The notes below the pieces were generated by a model. The model did no database searches and was not told the DNA's origin. It worked only from the letters and a program-made list of their open reading frames with translations. The translations under genes were made by a program, and so were the position numbers. DNA of 39,534 bases from a virus (taxonomy: Duplodnaviria; Caudoviricetes), in the IMG/VR virus record IMGVR_UViG_3300049485_000129, positions 1 to 39,534 of that record. The stretch is one strand, 5' to 3'. Shown piece after piece: positions 1 through 9,149 of the stretch (position 1 is its first letter; the number at the start of each line of letters is the position of its first letter).

Positions 1-52
1 GCTTTTAATTCTACCATCACTTTACCTTCAACAAACAAATCAACTCTTCGTG
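1..52 (-). pseudogene. Host GxxExxY-family gene fragment interrupted by the prophage insertion
   Basis: Reverse complement of 1-50 reads RRVDLFVEGKVMVELKA, matching the (G)TRRVDxxVExKxxVELKA core of GxxExxY proteins. Similarity stops at the TGTAC element end. Confidence 0.7.
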
Positions 53-165
53 TGTACGGCGACACTTAGATTGATATATTAACTTGATCATTTAATCGTG
101 TTTTATCCCGTTTTAATTGGACTTTAGACTCCCTGCTTTTTTTGCCGCGACAAACAGTTTGATAT
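53..165 (+). repeat. Left end with two candidate transposase-binding repeats GCGACAnnnAGnTTGATAT (59-77, 147-165)
   Basis: GCGACACTTAGATTGATAT versus GCGACAAACAGTTTGATAT. The first copy begins 6 nt inside the terminal TG. Confidence 0.65.
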
Positions 166-325
166 CTTCTGTAATCTTTATTGTATCAGCTTTTCAGCTA
201 TTCTGATCAAGTTTATGATCAAGTTTCTTTTTTTGCTTTTCTGTAATCTATTTTTTTTCGTGTAGTCCATTTATTCTATACTACACATACTACACGATGT
301 TATATAATAAATTTTACCAAGTCGT

Positions 326-350
326 CAAATTTCAAACCGTTTGAAATTTG
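326..350. repeat. Dispersed 25-bp palindrome, copy 1 (extends to 323-353)
   Basis: CAAATTTCAAACCGTTTGAAATTTG. Confidence 0.95.
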
Positions 351-484
351 ACGCACATAACCATTACATAAGATTTATTCTGTCTAATGCTTATCTGTTA
401 ATGCTTACGGTTGTTTTGTTGGTTGGCGATCGCTTATTTTTGGTTAGTCAGTTACATAACCGTCACATAAGCATTGTTTTGCGT

Positions 485-772
485 CTAATGCTTGTTAAAT
501 GAATCTTCTAGTTGTCGCTTAATATTTGTTAAGGCGTCTTTTTTGGACGCTCTTATCCATTCTTCTTCCGAAAAGATACCTGATGGATCGCAAATCAATC
601 TTAATATTCTTAGTTCGTGCTGCGCATCTGGAGTATTTACCCCGTTAAACATTGCTTTGAATTTTCTAAAATTTAAGTATTAATTATGTGGGATTATTTT
701 TTCTTCTATTTGCTTAAGCGTCAATCTATTACTCTTAATGCTAAATTCAATCATCTCTTTTATTGTGGGCAT
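485..772 (-). pseudogene. Nonsense-disrupted paralog of the repressor C-terminal domain
   Basis: Translates MPTIKEMIEFSIKSNRLTLKQIEEKIIPHN*YLNFRKFKAMFNGVNTPDAQHELRILRLICDPSGIFSEEEWIRASKKDAL..., colinear with MKTIKEMIEE...HNKYI...DPEEEIFNEEQWLIASKRDSL of 1225-1884. In-frame TAA at 680-682. Confidence 0.8.
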
Positions 773-942
773 ATTTGTTTACCTTTGTTTTGATGTATGC
801 TTAGGTTTTATTTTATTTTATTACATTGCGTATCAAGTAATTAATTCATTTTTGGCTAATTAAATATTTTTTGTTGTTTTGTGTTAACTATTTGAGTGTT
901 TTGTGTAATACTAATAATAATGTATTTTTTGTTTTGTCAATT

Positions 943-1233
943 ATGAATAATATATCAATCGATTCGGATTTATCGCGCCAGCTATGCTTACTTTCAGAAC
1001 TGCAAGAGGTGTTACTGTGCAAGGTTTTTGCTCAGGGTAAAAATATTGTTTTGGATATTGATAATGACAATGCTTTTGATAGGTTATGTTTTCATAAACA
1101 TATTTTAGTTGCATCAGCTATTCTAATGGGCTTTGAAAAAGTAATTTTTTATATTCGCGGTGTTCGTTTTGGGACGGCAACCTGTCCTAAGCATCAAAAT
1201 GATTTGGCAATTAATAGCGTAATTTTACAATAA
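943..1233 (+). CDS. Hypothetical protein
   Basis: ORF 871-1233; ATG at 943 is the likelier start; converges on the repressor gene. Confidence 0.5.
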   Translation: MNNISIDSDLSRQLCLLSELQEVLLCKVFAQGKNIVLDIDNDNAFDRLCFHKHILVASAILMGFEKVIFYIRGVRFGTATCPKHQNDLAINSVILQ

Positions 1234-1884
1234 ATTATTTTTGCCTTGTCTGAGCAGAGAATCTCTTTTTGATGCGATTAGCCACTGCTCTTCATTAAAA
1301 ATTTCTTCTTCAGGGTCATATATTTCTCTAATTGCCATTAACTCCTGTGTGGTAGGAATATCTATACCATTTTTGATGGTATTTATTCTTCTTTCGGAAA
1401 TGTATTTATTGTGATTTTTGATGTATGATTTTATCCTGGACATACTTATTTTGTTCGTATTTTCGCATTCCTCAATCATCTCTTTTATTGTTTTCATTTC
1501 AGGAAATTTTGGTATTATTTTTTCACTGGCAATGCTTAGGACTTCTAAAATACTGTAGGGTTCTTTGTTGATGTCAATAATTAAGCCGGCTCCGGTGATA
1601 GCCGCAATGGTGTTGTATTGTGGATTCCCTACACTATTTTCTAAGTTGCTTAATGTTGTTTTGGATGGGGCAATGCCTGCCCCTAGTTTTTCATTGATTA
1701 ATTTTATTGCCTCTTCTTGTGATAATCCCTGGCACAACCGGGATTCTTTTACTAATTGCCCTAAGGTGTTTAACCCGTTTTTTGTCCACAATAAGCAATT
1801 TGATTGAGTGCTAAATCTCACTTGTTTTGTTTGGGTTGTGGGCTGTTTTTTGTGTTCAATTAGTGCATTTGTACTGATGACCAT
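1225..1884 (-). CDS. XRE-family HTH phage repressor (cI/Repc position), two-domain
   Basis: LGQLVKESRLCQGLSQEEA...SKTTLSNLEN...PQYNTI HTH signature; divergent from the transposase operon. Confidence 0.8.
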   Translation of the reverse strand: MVISTNALIEHKKQPTTQTKQVRFSTQSNCLLWTKNGLNTLGQLVKESRLCQGLSQEEAIKLINEKLGAGIAPSKTTLSNLENSVGNPQYNTIAAITGAGLIIDINKEPYSILEVLSIASEKIIPKFPEMKTIKEMIEECENTNKISMSRIKSYIKNHNKYISERRINTIKNGIDIPTTQELMAIREIYDPEEEIFNEEQWLIASKRDSLLRQGKNNLL

Positions 1885-2077
1885 AGTTGTTACTTTTAGG
1901 TTTTATATTTTGCTTTACTTTAGCATCTTAAATGAAAATTGTTTTTTCTTTTTCTCCCGTAACTCCCTGTATTCCTTATTCTATAACCTTTTTATCGATT
2001 GTAACGTTTTGTTAAGAGTGTTTGACATTCTGAACACTGAACGCTATTATATATATATTGATGTTACATAGTTACTT

Positions 2078-2242
2078 ATGAAAACGAAAGATAAAAAATT
2101 AGTTCGCATTGATCCACGCCTTTATTCATGTGTGGAAGATTTTGCGAAAGCAAAGCGGCTAGAAAAAACAATTGCTTTAGATTTGTTGGTATCTACTGCT
2201 TTGGGTATTTGTGGTATATATGAGAATGGCAAAAGGGGGTAA
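2078..2242 (+). CDS. 54-aa ribbon-helix-helix-like regulator (Ner/Cro position)
   Basis: MKTKDKKLVRIDPRLYSCVEDFAKAKRLEKTIALDLLVSTALGICGIYENGKRG; strand-helix-helix pattern; ends 2 nt before the transposase ATG. Not in the ORF track. Confidence 0.65.
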   Translation: MKTKDKKLVRIDPRLYSCVEDFAKAKRLEKTIALDLLVSTALGICGIYENGKRG

Positions 2243-2244
2243 TC

Positions 2245-4413
2245 ATGTGGTACTCCTTATCTCAATTAGTCGAGATTTCTGAGCAGTTGGCTACGTCTGG
2301 TCGATATCCAAAAGGATTACCGGGTATGCCGTCTAATATAATAGGTATTCGCCGGTTATCTGTGAAAGAAAACTGGCGATCGCAACCTCGTTCTGGGAGG
2401 GGCGGGGGAAAAGAATATTTTTCTGAGGATTTTCCAAAAGAAACTCAGGCAGTTTTAGCTAAATTAGATAGTAAAGAGGATGAAAGGATTGAGGAAGTTT
2501 CTTCTCAAGATCATTCTCAAGAAATAATTGCCCCTATTACTTTAAATGTAGGGTTTGAAGCTCCTGCACCTAATACACCTCAATCTCAATTGAGGTGTGA
2601 TACTAAATTGTCTTTACTATCTGCGTTTGATTTATTTCGTACGCGGGAAAATATGCGGTTGTCGGCGGCTCGTTGGGAGTTTGTACGCCGGTATAATTCT
2701 AATTTGATTAATCTTCCCTCTTGGATTCGTGCGGTTTTCCCGACTGTTTCTCAGATTAGTTTATGTCGATGGGAAAAATTCCGTCAAAAGCATAATTTTA
2801 AGGCTTTTGCTGGTAATTATGGACAGAAAAAGGGCTGCGCTATTGAAAAAAATATTGATATTAAAACTGCTATTTTAGGAGAATTATATAAAAATCCTGA
2901 TATTAAAATTTCATATATTTATACTTATTTAAAGTCAGCTTTTTCTGATGTTAATTTTAGTCTGCGATCGCTTCAAAGATGGACTAAAAATTGGAAGCAA
3001 GAAAATAAGGTTACATTTTTAATGAGGAAAGATAAGGATAAATATAAAGGTAAGTATAAAGGTGCTGTGGGTTCTGCATCGGAAGGAATTGTTAGATTTA
3101 ATCAGCGTTGGGAGCTAGATTCTACTCCTACTGATGTTGAAATTGCTATTTTAAATGAGTTTGGATTGGATTCTAAAAGGTTTACTGTTCTAGGCTTAAT
3201 TGATGTGTTTTCTCGCTCGCTTATCCTTCATGTTGCGGAGCGGGATAATTCTGATGCTGTGATTGCTCTGATTCGTAAAGGTATTACTTTGTGGGGTGTA
3301 CCAGAAGAAGTACGGACTGATAATGGCCGTAATTATATTAGTAATCGGGTGCGCCGTTGTGTCGAAAGTTTAAAGCCAGGTATGGGGATTCAGTGGATTT
3401 GTAATCCTGGCCAACCTCAAGAAAAGCCGTTTATCGAAGCGGCTATGAAAAAGGTTAATTATGGTTGTATGGAGTTTTTACCAGGTTATTTGGGGCATTC
3501 CGTAGCAGAAAGAAAACGTATTTCCGCGCGTAATAATGATGACGAGTTATTGAATTTAACTGAGTTTCAGCAGTTTTTAGATGCTTTTTGTAATGATTAT
3601 AACGAGATAAGATCCCATAGGGGGTTAACTGGGGAATTTAAGGGGATGACTCCTGGTGCTGTAAAGCGTTTGGGAGAGTTAAGAAACCCTGCCTATAAGA
3701 TTGAAAATGAACGAATTTTAGACCTTCTTTTGGCTGAGGTACCTTCCGGTAATGGTAAACGCCGGGTACGGAAAAAAGGTTTGGAAATTGATGGCGGTTG
3801 GTTCATTGATGAGCGTTGTGAACTTTTGAATCACATTGATGATGATGTGTGGTGCTACTGGGATCCTTTTGAGATGGATCTAGGAAAAGTTTATGTTTAT
3901 TCACGTTCTCTTGATGATCCGAATGCTGAATTTATCGGAATTGCTATTTGTCCTGAGCGAGTGGGCCGGTCTCGTGTCGATTTGATTGATGCTCAGAAAC
4001 AGATTGAGCGAAAACGCTCTGAGGCTTTAAAGGTTTTCAAAGGTGCTGCGAGAGTTTCTCGTAAGGATGTCGTCAAGGCCCTGGTTGATGGGTCTGATGA
4101 TGCTTTGGAAAAATTGGCTACTTTACCTGTGGCGAGTTTGACTCTTGATGACGAGTTGCCCGCTGTGAGTGATGCAGCTAATTGCATAGAGATTAGTAGT
4201 CCAGTTGTTAGTAGTAGTAATGATGAACCAAAAGAAGAGGGTCGGGTATTTCTCCATAATGAAAATTCTGTGCCTGGTCGTTACGAACGGCTGTGGTACA
4301 GAAAATTTGACGGCGAAGATTTGACTTTTGAAGATTTGGATTTTATGACTCGTTTTGAGTCTTCTGGATTCATGGGTCGTTCTTTGTCCCAGAGCTTGCA
4401 AAAAGCAGCTTAA
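2245..4413 (+). CDS. MuA-like DDE transposase
   Basis: N-terminal Mu-type HTH (GLPGMP...ENWRSQPRSGRGGGKEY); catalytic motifs WELDSTPTD, RTDNGRNY, KPFIE; C-terminal RRVRKKGLEIDG Mu-transposase C domain. Confidence 0.93.
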   Translation: MWYSLSQLVEISEQLATSGRYPKGLPGMPSNIIGIRRLSVKENWRSQPRSGRGGGKEYFSEDFPKETQAVLAKLDSKEDERIEEVSSQDHSQEIIAPITLNVGFEAPAPNTPQSQLRCDTKLSLLSAFDLFRTRENMRLSAARWEFVRRYNSNLINLPSWIRAVFPTVSQISLCRWEKFRQKHNFKAFAGNYGQKKGCAIEKNIDIKTAILGELYKNPDIKISYIYTYLKSAFSDVNFSLRSLQRWTKNWKQENKVTFLMRKDKDKYKGKYKGAVGSASEGIVRFNQRWELDSTPTDVEIAILNEFGLDSKRFTVLGLIDVFSRSLILHVAERDNSDAVIALIRKGITLWGVPEEVRTDNGRNYISNRVRRCVESLKPGMGIQWICNPGQPQEKPFIEAAMKKVNYGCMEFLPGYLGHSVAERKRISARNNDDELLNLTEFQQFLDAFCNDYNEIRSHRGLTGEFKGMTPGAVKRLGELRNPAYKIENERILDLLLAEVPSGNGKRRVRKKGLEIDGGWFIDERCELLNHIDDDVWCYWDPFEMDLGKVYVYSRSLDDPNAEFIGIAICPERVGRSRVDLIDAQKQIERKRSEALKVFKGAARVSRKDVVKALVDGSDDALEKLATLPVASLTLDDELPAVSDAANCIEISSPVVSSSNDEPKEEGRVFLHNENSVPGRYERLWYRKFDGEDLTFEDLDFMTRFESSGFMGRSLSQSLQKAA

Positions 4414-4474
4414 AAAAAGAATACGAGTAAAGAATACTCGTACACACAAAATTCATATAACAGGAGTCTAACTC

Positions 4475-5212
4475 ATGCGCGATGTAATTGTCAAGACGGA
4501 TAATCTCTCATATTTTGAACAGGTTGTGGATTTCTTATCTAAGAAATCTGGAGAACAGATGTGCTTAGTGTGGGGGTTGCCCGGCACTGGTAAAAGTTCC
4601 GCAGCTAAATATTTGGCTGTTACGGTTGGCGGTCAGTATGTCTCATGCCGGCCCGGTCTTTCGGGGATGGGCTTAATGCGCTTAATTCTCGCTAATTACG
4701 ATGCGAAATGCAATAGTTTTGCTGCGGGAATTGATAAGGTTATTAGCTTTTTAAAAGCCTCTAAACAACCGCTTTTTGTGGATGAAATTGATTTTATTGT
4801 GGAGAAATACGAGGTTTTGGAAGCCTTAAGGACTATCCATGATGAAGCGGGTGTGCCTGTAATTGTTTTGGGTATGCCAGGGATTCAAAATAAAGTGAAA
4901 GTGCATAAACAATTATGCGATCGCATTCACTTTATGGAGTTTGGGTCGGCTTCTTTTTCTGATGTAAAAAGATTTACTTTAGAAAGATGTGAGGTGTCGA
5001 TTGAGGATGATCACCTTAAAAGTATTTTCTCTTTTGCTAAAGGGAACTTAAGACTTGTAAAGCGTTGCCTGGAATACGCGGAGAACTTCTGCTCTTCTAT
5101 GGGATTAAAAGCACTTTCTTCTAAAGATTGGGGTGAAATGGCGTTATTACCTGAATATGCCATTGAACCCGCTCCAAAAATGGCTAAATCTTCAAAAAAA
5201 GGGGGTAAATAA
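4475..5212 (+). CDS. MuB-like AAA+ transposition ATPase
   Basis: Walker A GLPGTGKS, Walker B LFVDEID, LRTIHD, GNLR; directly after the transposase. Confidence 0.9.
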   Translation: MRDVIVKTDNLSYFEQVVDFLSKKSGEQMCLVWGLPGTGKSSAAKYLAVTVGGQYVSCRPGLSGMGLMRLILANYDAKCNSFAAGIDKVISFLKASKQPLFVDEIDFIVEKYEVLEALRTIHDEAGVPVIVLGMPGIQNKVKVHKQLCDRIHFMEFGSASFSDVKRFTLERCEVSIEDDHLKSIFSFAKGNLRLVKRCLEYAENFCSSMGLKALSSKDWGEMALLPEYAIEPAPKMAKSSKKGGK

Positions 5213-5216
5213 CACC

Positions 5217-5843
5217 ATGTATGCAATTTATCAAGATGGTTTAGAAAACGCACGTTTCAATAATCTAACTATTGATATGGCGGATCATTGGTTGAGGTGG
5301 TTATTAATGTATGAGCCAGGCTCTAATCCCCGCGTAGAGTTAGAAAACAAAAGTACGGATATTAAATGTGTAGGAGTTTTCGATTTTACCTATATGCTTG
5401 ATTGGGCAAGAGAGCAATGTTTAAAACGCGAGTTTTTGGAAGATAAACCCACTCGTAAATTTTCTCGGTGGTATGGGCAAGGACTTGAATCCATTAATAA
5501 TATTCCCGAAGTTCGAGAATATTCAAAAATTCCTGATTTTATTGAGGAATTAATAGAGTATTTTTGTCCACATGGGAACAGCATGAAGCTGACTTACTTT
5601 CCTATTGGGGTTGGGTATTCTGCTACTAACAACAATCTTGTTTTTGGAAAAAAATTCACGGCCATTCATTTAGTGGATGGTAGCTTGAATTGCTGGGGAG
5701 TTAAACACGATATAAAGTTTCTATTTGATGGGAAGTCTCAGTATTTTCAAGATGGTGGTGTCTATAAGTTTCATCAGGGCTTTCCTGATGGTATTACGGT
5801 TGCTCCTGCTAATCGGTACTTGATTACTTTAAGAAAGATTTAA
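5217..5843 (+). CDS. AlkB/2OG-Fe(II) dioxygenase-fold protein, metal ligands apparently lost
   Basis: R..RWYG, NSxxLTYFPxG, FG, DGGVYxF and C-terminal RYLITLRK match AlkB spacing, but the HxD and distal H ligands are absent. ATG 5217 follows a GGGGG RBS. Confidence 0.5.
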   Translation: MYAIYQDGLENARFNNLTIDMADHWLRWLLMYEPGSNPRVELENKSTDIKCVGVFDFTYMLDWAREQCLKREFLEDKPTRKFSRWYGQGLESINNIPEVREYSKIPDFIEELIEYFCPHGNSMKLTYFPIGVGYSATNNNLVFGKKFTAIHLVDGSLNCWGVKHDIKFLFDGKSQYFQDGGVYKFHQGFPDGITVAPANRYLITLRKI

Positions 5844-5915
5844 GTTTGTTAAATAGGTATTGGTAGTAATTATCAATACCTATTTGTAAAAATGTTGTAA
5901 AAAGAGGTGAGTACG

Positions 5916-6059
5916 ATGTCATCAAAATGCAAATCTTGTGGAGAACTAATTGAGTGGATCATTACTTTAAAAGGGAAAAAAAGCCCTATTAATGTTTCTG
6001 ATGGACTACCTCATTGGGGTAGCTGTCCAGATGCGAAAGTTTGGAAAAAAGGAGGGTAA
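5916..6059 (+). CDS. 47-aa phage zinc-finger protein
   Basis: MSSKCKSCGELIEWIITLKGKKSPINVSDGLPHWGSCPDAKVWKKGG (CxxC...HxxxC); GAGG RBS. Not in the ORF track. Confidence 0.7.
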   Translation: MSSKCKSCGELIEWIITLKGKKSPINVSDGLPHWGSCPDAKVWKKGG

Positions 6060-6061
6060 CA

Positions 6062-6823
6062 ATGTTAGCTGAATTTGTTGATACACAAATGGATTTGATT
6101 GAAGAAAACCAATATTTAGAGTTGAGAACTGATGTAATCCGTGCTTATCCCACATACGGAGTAGCTGATGAAAAATGCCCATACGCGATAATTCACAAAG
6201 CAACTAAAATGGTTATTTGTCGCTTTGTTGAATTAGATACGGCGCGTTATTTTATGTCATTGGTGTGGGATTCAATTATTTTTGGATTTCAATCTTTATC
6301 CGAATACAACGCTAAGATTACTCAAGATTTTTTAAGAAGTCTTCCAATGGCTAAAGATATCATTGTCGTTGGCGTAAATGATGCAAATAGTTGGCAGGAT
6401 AGACTAGGTTTTTTCGATGAAAAAGGCAGGTTCTTGAGGAATACTTTTGGCACTCCTATTAGTTTTGGATGGACAGCGGATAGATTATTAAAAGGTATGA
6501 AAACGGTTACTCGCCGTACCTGGAAAGCAAAATACGCTCAAATGTTTATCAATGCTTATCAACAAGGAAAATTGATACAAGCATTTGATAAGGATAGAAG
6601 ATATGGAGGTAAATTAATCGGTTATTTAAAGGTTTCTGATATTTATCAGGAGTCAATCTTTGATATGCCTGAATCTGATGTAAGTGCTGAAGGTTATCCT
6701 GAATTATCAAAAGAGGAATTTATAGGTAAGTTTTTCTCAGATATAGAAGGATCTGATAACCATGTAGTTTGGGTTATTCGATTTGAGTTTTTCTTGTTAA
6801 TTGGAGGTGATGAATGCGATTAG
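6062..6823 (+). CDS. ASCH/PUA-like domain protein
   Basis: C-terminal ISFGWT..LLKGMKTVTRRTWK...IGYLKVSDIYQE...DVSAEG...VWVIRF; GGAGG RBS before ATG 6062. Confidence 0.75.
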   Translation: MLAEFVDTQMDLIEENQYLELRTDVIRAYPTYGVADEKCPYAIIHKATKMVICRFVELDTARYFMSLVWDSIIFGFQSLSEYNAKITQDFLRSLPMAKDIIVVGVNDANSWQDRLGFFDEKGRFLRNTFGTPISFGWTADRLLKGMKTVTRRTWKAKYAQMFINAYQQGKLIQAFDKDRRYGGKLIGYLKVSDIYQESIFDMPESDVSAEGYPELSKEEFIGKFFSDIEGSDNHVVWVIRFEFFLLIGGDECD

Positions 6824-7011
6824 AGATGAAGGGGAATCGGCGGGAAGTAGAGGAGTTTTTCTCATATTTAATCAATATGGAAAAGATGAGCTTATCCCAA
6901 ATCGTGCTTATTGATCCGATTAAAAAGTTATCGCCTGGCGTTTATTCCCGCGCTGTAAGTGTAAAAATCGGTTCTGGAATTGCCGTAGCAACGGCATCTT
7001 TAAGGAAATAG
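6814..7011 (+). CDS. Hypothetical protein
   Basis: GGAGG RBS; overlaps the previous stop; same operon. Confidence 0.6.
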   Translation: MRLEMKGNRREVEEFFSYLINMEKMSLSQIVLIDPIKKLSPGVYSRAVSVKIGSGIAVATASLRK

Positions 7012-7061
7012 TTAGTTGGTTAAGTAGTTGGTTGCTTTTAACATTCTAAGAGGCAAAATTT

Positions 7062-7295
7062 ATGCAATTAGTAAAGATACAGAAAAACATGATAATTGAT
7101 GTTGACGCAATTATTTATGTAGAAAGAATAGGGGTAAATGATGGCGAGTATGGATTAAAAATCGCTTTTTCTAGTGGAATAGAAACAATCTTATTTCTAA
7201 GGAAAGAAACTGCGGTTAACGTATGGGAGCTTTTGGAAAGCCGCGCACTTTCTTATGATGAATATGCGGAAGAATATGGGATCGAGTTTTCTTAA
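7062..7295 (+). CDS. Hypothetical protein
   Basis: ORF with GAGG RBS in the early operon. Confidence 0.65.
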   Translation: MQLVKIQKNMIIDVDAIIYVERIGVNDGEYGLKIAFSSGIETILFLRKETAVNVWELLESRALSYDEYAEEYGIEFS

Positions 7296-7347
7296 ATAGT
7301 GGTGGTTGGTAGCTAATAGTTAGTTATTCTTTATTCAGGTAAAATTT

Positions 7348-8085
7348 GTGGAAAAAACAGAAAAATTAATGAATGCGCTAAGTAAAATAATCGATGCTTT
7401 ATCAAATTCGGATGAGACATCTTTAGGTTTTTCAGATTTCACGGGTGATCGGTGGATATATATCGGAGATGACGATTCTTCTGATACCCCCTGGTACTTT
7501 TTTATAAACAATGAAAAATTGTTCATAAGTCAATCTTGTTTAACAGGTTTTTTAACAGGGATTGAGGTAATGTCTAGGGAATTTAAAGGCAAAACAAACC
7601 GTAAGCTATTGGTGAAAATTAAGGCTGATCAGTCTTATGTAATCCAGGTCGGGCTAAAAACAGTTTTTGCAAAAGGATTATTACTCGGATTAGAGAAATT
7701 TACTCAGGAATACGATTTTAAATCTATTCCCGTATCAATTGTGGCAAAAAAAGGGGATTCGGAAAATGTTAATTTCTGCTCCATTTTTGTTAACGAACAA
7801 TTCATTAAAGTTTCTTATCCTTCTATAGATGATTGGGATCCCTCTGTTGCGGTCGATTCTATCACTAATAATTTAATTGGTGATCAGAGCAAAAAAAAAG
7901 AACTTTTGCGCAGAATTAAGGCTGCTCAGATAACACTTAATTGGGATAAAGACCAATTGAGAAATTACGCTTTTGATAAGTTTAAGCAGTCTAATTCGGA
8001 CAATTTATCTTTGAAAGAATTAGATGCTATGGCTTATCAATTGGAGATGATTAACAAAGTGCAGCAACAAGATAAGGAGATTTAA
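7348..8085 (+). CDS. Hypothetical phage protein
   Basis: 245-aa ORF in the early operon; start uncertain (GTG 7348 or ATG 7369). Confidence 0.7.
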   Translation: MEKTEKLMNALSKIIDALSNSDETSLGFSDFTGDRWIYIGDDDSSDTPWYFFINNEKLFISQSCLTGFLTGIEVMSREFKGKTNRKLLVKIKADQSYVIQVGLKTVFAKGLLLGLEKFTQEYDFKSIPVSIVAKKGDSENVNFCSIFVNEQFIKVSYPSIDDWDPSVAVDSITNNLIGDQSKKKELLRRIKAAQITLNWDKDQLRNYAFDKFKQSNSDNLSLKELDAMAYQLEMINKVQQQDKEI

Positions 8086-8087
8086 TT

Positions 8088-9137
8088 ATGGATAGATGGA
8101 CTGAGGAGGAATTGAATTTATTAAATTCTGATATGTCTATTTCTGACTTAGCGCAGGCATTACAAAGAAGTCAAAAGGCAGTTAGAAAAAAAATGGAGAG
8201 TTTGCAAATTGTAGGTGGGAAATTTCAAAAGTTAGATGACGGTGTTTCTCGGTGGAAACCATGGACTGAGGAAGAACTAGATTGCCTTAAGTCTTGCCTT
8301 AGTTCTATGACTGTAAATGAAATTGCGGCGCAGTTGAATCGTACACCTGGTGCTGTTCGTAAGCGTATTGCTGAATTGGGTGAGGGAATCGCTTATAACC
8401 CCATATTGTGGACTAAAGAAGGTGATGACTACATACGCGCTAATTATGGGAAATTACCTGTTTCTAAAATTGCGGTTACAGTCGGCCGTACGGAAATTGC
8501 TGTAAGAACTAGGGCGCGGTTTTTAAAAGTTCGGGTGAACCCTAATTACACTTATTGGACTCCTGAACAAGAAGAGACCTTAAAACTGGAATATAAACCA
8601 GATAAAAACTTAATTAAGGCTTTAGCTAAAAAGCTGGTGAAATCTGTTGCTTCTGTGAAACAAAAAGCTTTGAAATTCGGTCTTTGCCGTACTAGACAAA
8701 GTATGAGATATCGGAAATGGGAGCCGGAAGAAGTTGAGATTTTAGAGGAGTTATCAGGAGATATTCCGATGTTGTTATTGGTGAATAAATTAAACAAATT
8801 TGCTAAAAAACAAGGTCTTTCTCCCCGTACTTATAACTCTGTACGTTTAAAGGCATCGGAATTAAAACTACCGTATCTATGTTCTGGAGATGGCGACTAT
8901 TTCTCTATTTCCAATATTGCGGATGGATTAAGAATGAACCGCCATGTTGTTTCGGGTTGGTTAAAAAATAAGCAATTTGCTAAGATTTTACAGCCAATTC
9001 GTCAGAGTGATGATCCAGGTTGTGTCACTTATATTCCTCGCACAAATTTGAGGAAGTTTATTCAGCAATATCCGGGTGAAATTTCAGCAGTTAATCCCGA
9101 TATGTTGTGGTTCATTAGTTTGTTTGATAGTAAATAA
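8088..9137 (+). CDS. Myb/SANT-like repeat DNA-binding protein
   Basis: Five W(T/E)xE(E/G/Q) repeats, each followed by an IAxxLxRTxxAV-type helix. Confidence 0.7.
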   Translation: MDRWTEEELNLLNSDMSISDLAQALQRSQKAVRKKMESLQIVGGKFQKLDDGVSRWKPWTEEELDCLKSCLSSMTVNEIAAQLNRTPGAVRKRIAELGEGIAYNPILWTKEGDDYIRANYGKLPVSKIAVTVGRTEIAVRTRARFLKVRVNPNYTYWTPEQEETLKLEYKPDKNLIKALAKKLVKSVASVKQKALKFGLCRTRQSMRYRKWEPEEVEILEELSGDIPMLLLVNKLNKFAKKQGLSPRTYNSVRLKASELKLPYLCSGDGDYFSISNIADGLRMNRHVVSGWLKNKQFAKILQPIRQSDDPGCVTYIPRTNLRKFIQQYPGEISAVNPDMLWFISLFDSK

Positions 9138-9149
9138 TTTGAGGTTTGC

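Noticed and set aside
492-683. Plus-strand 63-aa ORF
   Set aside because: Shadow of the minus-strand repressor-paralog pseudogene.
1565-2071. Plus-strand ORFs 1565-1807 and 1808-2071
   Set aside because: Antisense to the repressor or spanning the AT-rich promoter region; no protein-like features.
53-5212. CAST or Tn7 element
   Set aside because: The end looks similar, but there is no TniQ/TnsD, Cas12k or TnsA, and the transposase has a Mu-type N-terminus and sits with phage genes.
3993-5584. Minus-strand ORFs within muA, muB and the next gene
   Set aside because: Antisense shadows of well-supported genes. The same applies to other nested short ORFs (e.g. 8552-8797, 10316-10690, 18710-18949, 26832-27152, 29861-30402).
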